Origin: Bdellovibrionales bacterium
Lineage (GTDB): Bacteria; Bdellovibrionota; Bdellovibrionia; Bdellovibrionales; UBA1609
Length of the DNA: 17,998 bases
Reading direction: 5' to 3'
Assembly: GCA_050246815.1 (NCBI GenBank)
Contig: JBFWVI010000053.1
Location: forward strand, 1-17,998
Position numbers and translations under genes: made by a program. The notes under the pieces are model-generated. The model was not told where the DNA came from. It did no database searches and saw nothing but the letters and a program-made list of their open reading frames with translations. Shown here one piece after another: positions 17,441 to 17,998 of the stretch. Numbering within the stretch: the first letter of the stretch is position 1; each line of letters opens with the position of its first letter.

Positions 17441-17998
17441 ATTCAACGAAAAACAAACCTATTCAAAGCGCGGCCAAGATTTGGTGCGGACTTTGTGCGA
17501 GAGAATTGTGATCTTAGATGGCGCTATGGGCACCATGATCCAGCGCCACAAACTGGCAGAGGCCGACTACCGCGGGGGATTGTTCAAGCACTTTGCGAAA
17601 GATCAAAAAGGCAATAATGAATTGCTGGTTTTGAGCCAACCACAAATCATCAAGGGAATTCATCGCGAGTACCTGTTGGCCGGTGCGGACATTGTGGAGA
17701 CAGACACGTTCAATGCCACTCGCATTGCAATGGCAGATTTTGGAACCGAACAATTGGTTAACGAAATCAATTTGGGCGCGGCCCGACTGGCCCGCGAAGC
17801 CGCCGATGAAGTTGAAAAGGAGCAGGGGCGAATTTGTTGGGTGGCGGGTTCGATTGGCCCCATGAATCGCAGCGCTTCGTTGTCACCCGATGTGAATCAG
17901 CCGGGGCTACGCAATATCACGTTTGACGAATTGGTTGAGGCGTATCAAGAGCAAGTGAAAGCTTTGCTTGAGGGGGGAGTGGACCTATTGCTGCCCGA
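17427..17998 (+). CDS. metH: Cobalamin-dependent methionine synthase, N-terminal homocysteine-binding domain (partial, runs off window)
   Basis: Not in the ORF track; manual translation from ATG 17427: MRLVEF...RIVILDGAMGTMIQ...KGNNELLVLSQP..I..IHREYLLAGADIVET.TFNAT...VAGSIGPMNRSASLSPDVNQPG.RNITFDELVEAYQEQ..ALLEGGVDLLLP; GGAAG SD; 14-nt overlap with the upstream gene. Confidence 0.93.
   Translation, partial: MRLVEFNEKQTYSKRGQDLVRTLCERIVILDGAMGTMIQRHKLAEADYRGGLFKHFAKDQKGNNELLVLSQPQIIKGIHREYLLAGADIVETDTFNATRIAMADFGTEQLVNEINLGAARLAREAADEVEKEQGRICWVAGSIGPMNRSASLSPDVNQPGLRNITFDELVEAYQEQVKALLEGGVDLLLP

Noticed and set aside
17437..17511. 24-aa ORF from the TTGA overlap containing CGLC, or a possible metH frameshift
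   Set aside because: The metH frame is open from ATG 17427 without a shift; this ORF is an alternate-frame by-product
17697..17714. MetH motif reads ETDTFN instead of the usual ETNTFN
   Set aside because: Single conservative substitution; the Zn ligands lie beyond the window, so no functional claim can be made
1..17998. CRISPR arrays, tRNA/rRNA genes, IS elements, prophage or defence genes
   Set aside because: No periodic repeats, RNA gene signatures, transposase/integrase ORFs or unexplained long gaps; the largest intergenic region is 165 nt

Overview
Core bacterial chromosome segment of roughly 50% GC, most likely from a Bdellovibrionota/deltaproteobacteria-like organism (inferred from RpoA and ribosomal protein sequence style, not from a search). 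Positions 1-12255 hold the S10-spc-alpha ribosomal protein supercluster: 3' end of rplC, then rplD-W-B, rpsS, rplV, rpsC, rplP, rpmC, rpsQ, rplN, rplE, rpsH, rplF, rplR, rpsE, rpmD, rplO, secY, adk, rpmJ, rpsM, rpsK, rpoA, rplQ and an intrinsic terminator. rplX (L24), rpsN (S14) and rpsD (S4) are cleanly missing from their usual slots, and map/infA are absent between adk and rpmJ. Downstream are a membrane-anchored TlpA/ResA thioredoxin, a minus-strand TIGR03546/TIGR03545-like gene pair (membrane protein plus AsmA-like protein), and a divergent methionine operon: a YitJ-type homocysteine-methyltransferase/MTHFR fusion overlapping the start of metH, which runs off the window end. The most notable observations are (1) the YitJ-type methyltransferase domain has lost all three Zn-ligand cysteines while the MTHFR domain looks intact, suggesting a pseudoenzyme domain; (2) three ribosomal protein genes are missing from the cluster; (3) candidate structured RNA elements sit before rpmJ and in the rpsK-rpoA gap. 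No rRNA, tRNA, CRISPR array or mobile element was seen.
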